NCBI RefSeq assembly: GCF_004010195.1
Contig: NC_057719.1
Span: 6,782,846 to 6,834,571 of the forward strand
DNA: 51,726 nucleotides
Source of the DNA: Chiloscyllium plagiosum
Lineage: Eukaryota
Direction: 5' to 3'
The translations under genes and the position numbers were made by a program. Below, one piece after another: positions 48,758 to 51,726 of the stretch. Numbering within the stretch: position 1 is the stretch's first letter; each line of letters opens with the position of its first letter. Below the pieces are notes generated by a model. It ran no database searches. It saw only the letters and a list, made by a program, of their open reading frames with translations, and was not told the DNA's origin.

Positions 48758-51124
48758 GCTAAGCTTTGTTTATATTTTAAACCAGGCAGGTTGACTCTGG
48801 TCAAACTTTCTCTAAGAAATGAGCCTATTTTGTTGAAACTGTGCAGTGTGTGCCACATGTGCTTTTTGTCCACGTGTCTAGTCTGTCTCGGATTGCTCTC
48901 GAAGGGCAAGGTATATGAAAGGCTGAGCTACTGGTGATGCTAGCTGTTCCATGTTGCAACTTTGTAGCAACATGTGTAGTGTATTCTACGAACAGGATGC
49001 TAACTTGAAAACAAAGACATTCAGCCAATCCCACAAACATGTAGTAGAGTATGTGAATATCATTTCCAGTGTGATGCTAGGTATGTAGGCTGTATGTCAA
49101 AAAAAACTGGTGGATTGAATCAATTAACATATCTCAACAGTTCATACCAATAAGCAAGGTACTGAGCATTCCCGACCAGTCCCCGTTTGCAGAACTCGAG
49201 TGTTGAGCTATCAGTGATTTTTGCAATTGGATAACATTTACTGGATAATCCTGAATGTAAAGCAATTACGCTGACTACCAATTTAGACCTGTAAATCGGG
49301 CACACGGTACGGTGCACTTCCTTGTACTGGAATCTATATATTAACACAGTCAACACACTCCTCACATACAGTATAAACATTGATTTTCTTTTTTTCCTGT
49401 GAATTGTCCTGACGAGTGCAAAACAAAAAAGCTTTGACAAAATCTTTTTATAGCAATAATCAAGTTCTTCATTACCAAACAACTACTATAAGCATGACAA
49501 GTAAAATTAGAAGTGTAGTTTATGATATGACCCAGGGAAGATGGCCACATGGGAAGAGAGAAAAAGGAACCAGTCATCTATTTCGATTATTGGATTGAAT
49601 TGTTTGGAAGCCTATTTGGGATAGTATTTTGTGTTGATTGTAAAGGATATATTAAGTTGCAAAGTGGTACAGTTTTTACTCCAGTTTATAATTCTACTGG
49701 AAAATGCAACTTAAATGAATATTGCTGTTCGAGTAAACTGCTATAGATATGTTCCTTGCACATCTTCAGAAAATCTGAGATTCATGACAAAAAGTTGCTT
49801 TTAAATGGTAGCCATTTATGTAGGCAAATATGACATACCGTCTAACACAGCAAAACAGCAAAGGAGATTAATTACTATTTAATCATTTGGTGTTTGAAAG
49901 ACCACAAATCAGATCACATTACAGAACTGTATAGAATTCTTTTGCAAAGATATACAGCAAATCAGAAATAAATGGCAATGAGGTTTCTTTGCTAATCATC
50001 TGTATATAGTATCCTGCATTGTAGAGTGAGCCCATTTGACTCATCTTGCCTGGACTGAGTTTTAAAGTGGTATTCAAGTCAAAATTTCAACTGGCGCAAG
50101 TTGCTTTAATTACCGCAATTTCCCTGCAATATTTTTCCGATTAGCATTTGCATGTTCCTTCTTTCTCTCTCACTCAGTCTGTCTTCCCCCCCTCTCTCTC
50201 ACTCTGCCTCTCTCTTTTTCTGTCTCTTGTGTGTGCATGCTCTCTCCTCCCCTTCTTAGCCTCCCCACACACACACATGCACACGCACACCTGTGCCATT
50301 CTTTCAAGCGACCCGTTCCATATCAGAATTTGTTGTATGGAACCGATAAGTCTTATCTTCTTCTCTGATTCATTTGGTAATGCGCTTGATTCTATGTCCG
50401 CTGATTACTGCCCATTCCGTTATTGGAAACGGAAACAGTAGATAGTGAAAAACTATCAAACGATGATGTTGTGTTCCTCTAGTTAACCTTTTGGATCAAT
50501 TCATGTTTTCTAGTAACTATATGTAAGTGAGCATCCAAATCTCTGGTACTCACGAATCTGAATGATAACTGATGGCAAGCTGAGCAATTTGTTTTTTTAT
50601 TGGTTTATGGGAATTGAGCATTATACTTTCCAAGAAAAGCCCTTGATGTGATGTCATTAAACTTTAACTGTTTACTGGTTTTGCTACTCAAATTGTGGCT
50701 TGTTAACTTGTCATTCTGAAGTTAATTAACTAAATTGCAACTGTTATTTCTTCTTCCTTTTGATTTTAATTGTAGTTCTGCTATAACGTCAGTTGGGGTT
50801 TAGGAGCAGCTACCAGAGGTTTTTGTTCATTTCAGAGTTTGATGTGCTAAATGGGATGTTGGTGACAAGTGGATTTGAAACAAGGGAAACAGTGTAGAAT
50901 ACGCGTATTGTTATTTATTACTTGCTACGACTCATTCAAAACCAGTAAAAGTGCAGGAAAAATAGTGCACACAAAGGCTTCAAGGGTTTTTTAAAAAGAC
51001 ATGCTGAGCAAGTGGCAGACAGCAACACAGGTTGAAGTTTATCTACTTAAAGAACAGCGATCCAAAGTTTTTTTTCAAATGGTGAGAGATTGGGAAGAGG
51101 TTGTGTCCAAAGGCCGACAGGTAT

Positions 51125-51370
51125 CATAGAGTTATAGAGATGTACAGCATGGAAACAGACCCTTCGGTCCAACCTGTCCATGCCGACCAGATATCCCAAC
51201 CCAATCTGGTCCCACCTGCCAGCACCTGGTCCCACCTGCCAGCTCCAAACCCTTCCTATTCATATACCCATCCAAATGCCTCTTAAATGTTGCAATTGTA
51301 CCAGCCTCCTCCACTTCCTCTGGCAGCTCATTCCATACACGCACCACCCTCTGCGTGAAAAAGTTGCCCT
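51125..51370 (-). mobile_element. CR1 3' end fragment
   Basis: RVVRVWNELPEEVEEAGTIATFKRHLDGYM and tail; internal duplication of ctggtcccacctgccagc. Confidence 0.85.
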
Positions 51371-51374
51371 TGGG

Positions 51375-51726
51375 TCACATCCAACAGCATTTATGGCAGA
51401 TATAATCTGCAGTAACCCTTAAACTCTCTTTAAACTCCCACATCTGACAAGAAGTACATATCACTGCAAAGGCCATTTTTGCTCCTTCACAATCTACAGA
51501 CCCAGAAAATAACACCGTCTTATTCCTCTACAAACACTGCCCCAGGTTAAATTAATAGCTATGGCTTATATTTTAAGTTTAATCAAGAGACTTATCTCCA
51601 AAAACATATAATCAAGAAAGAATCCACTGTGCCCACTACTGCAGCCTTTCTATTGGACAGACTTAAAACAACAATTAACTTATCTGATTCTGTGCTGTGA
51701 ACTTCGCCCAACAGTTCCTCCAAGAT
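51375..51726 (-). mobile_element. CR1 5' region with ORF1 N-terminal zinc-finger remnant
   Basis: 51476 to 51375 translates as MAFAVICTSCQMWEFKESLRVTADYICHKCCWM* (CxxC..CxxC). Confidence 0.65.

Overview
AT-rich vertebrate genomic DNA, almost certainly a shark or other elasmobranch (HE1-type SINEs, HER1/CR1 LINEs, Deu-domain SINEs). No intact cellular protein-coding exon could be identified. All recognisable ORFs are decayed retroelement fragments: CR1 ORF1/ORF2, Rex1/Babar RT, and Penelope-like RT and GIY-YIG. A CpG-island promoter at about 13.0-13.4 kb probably starts a gene whose long first intron(s) fill the rest of the window, with a second CpG-rich, promoter-like region at about 41-42.4 kb. 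The most notable signal is a swarm of short Penelope-like (PLE) terminal fragments from at least four families. Most carry a minimal hammerhead-ribozyme core (CUGAnGA..stem II..GAAA..palindromic stem III) whose helices covary between families. Many are inserted as fold-back palindromes with a one-sided tail of about 35 nt and 7-15 bp target-site duplications. Two inserts from different families end exactly at the predicted ribozyme cleavage site. Boundaries of old, diverged elements are approximate.
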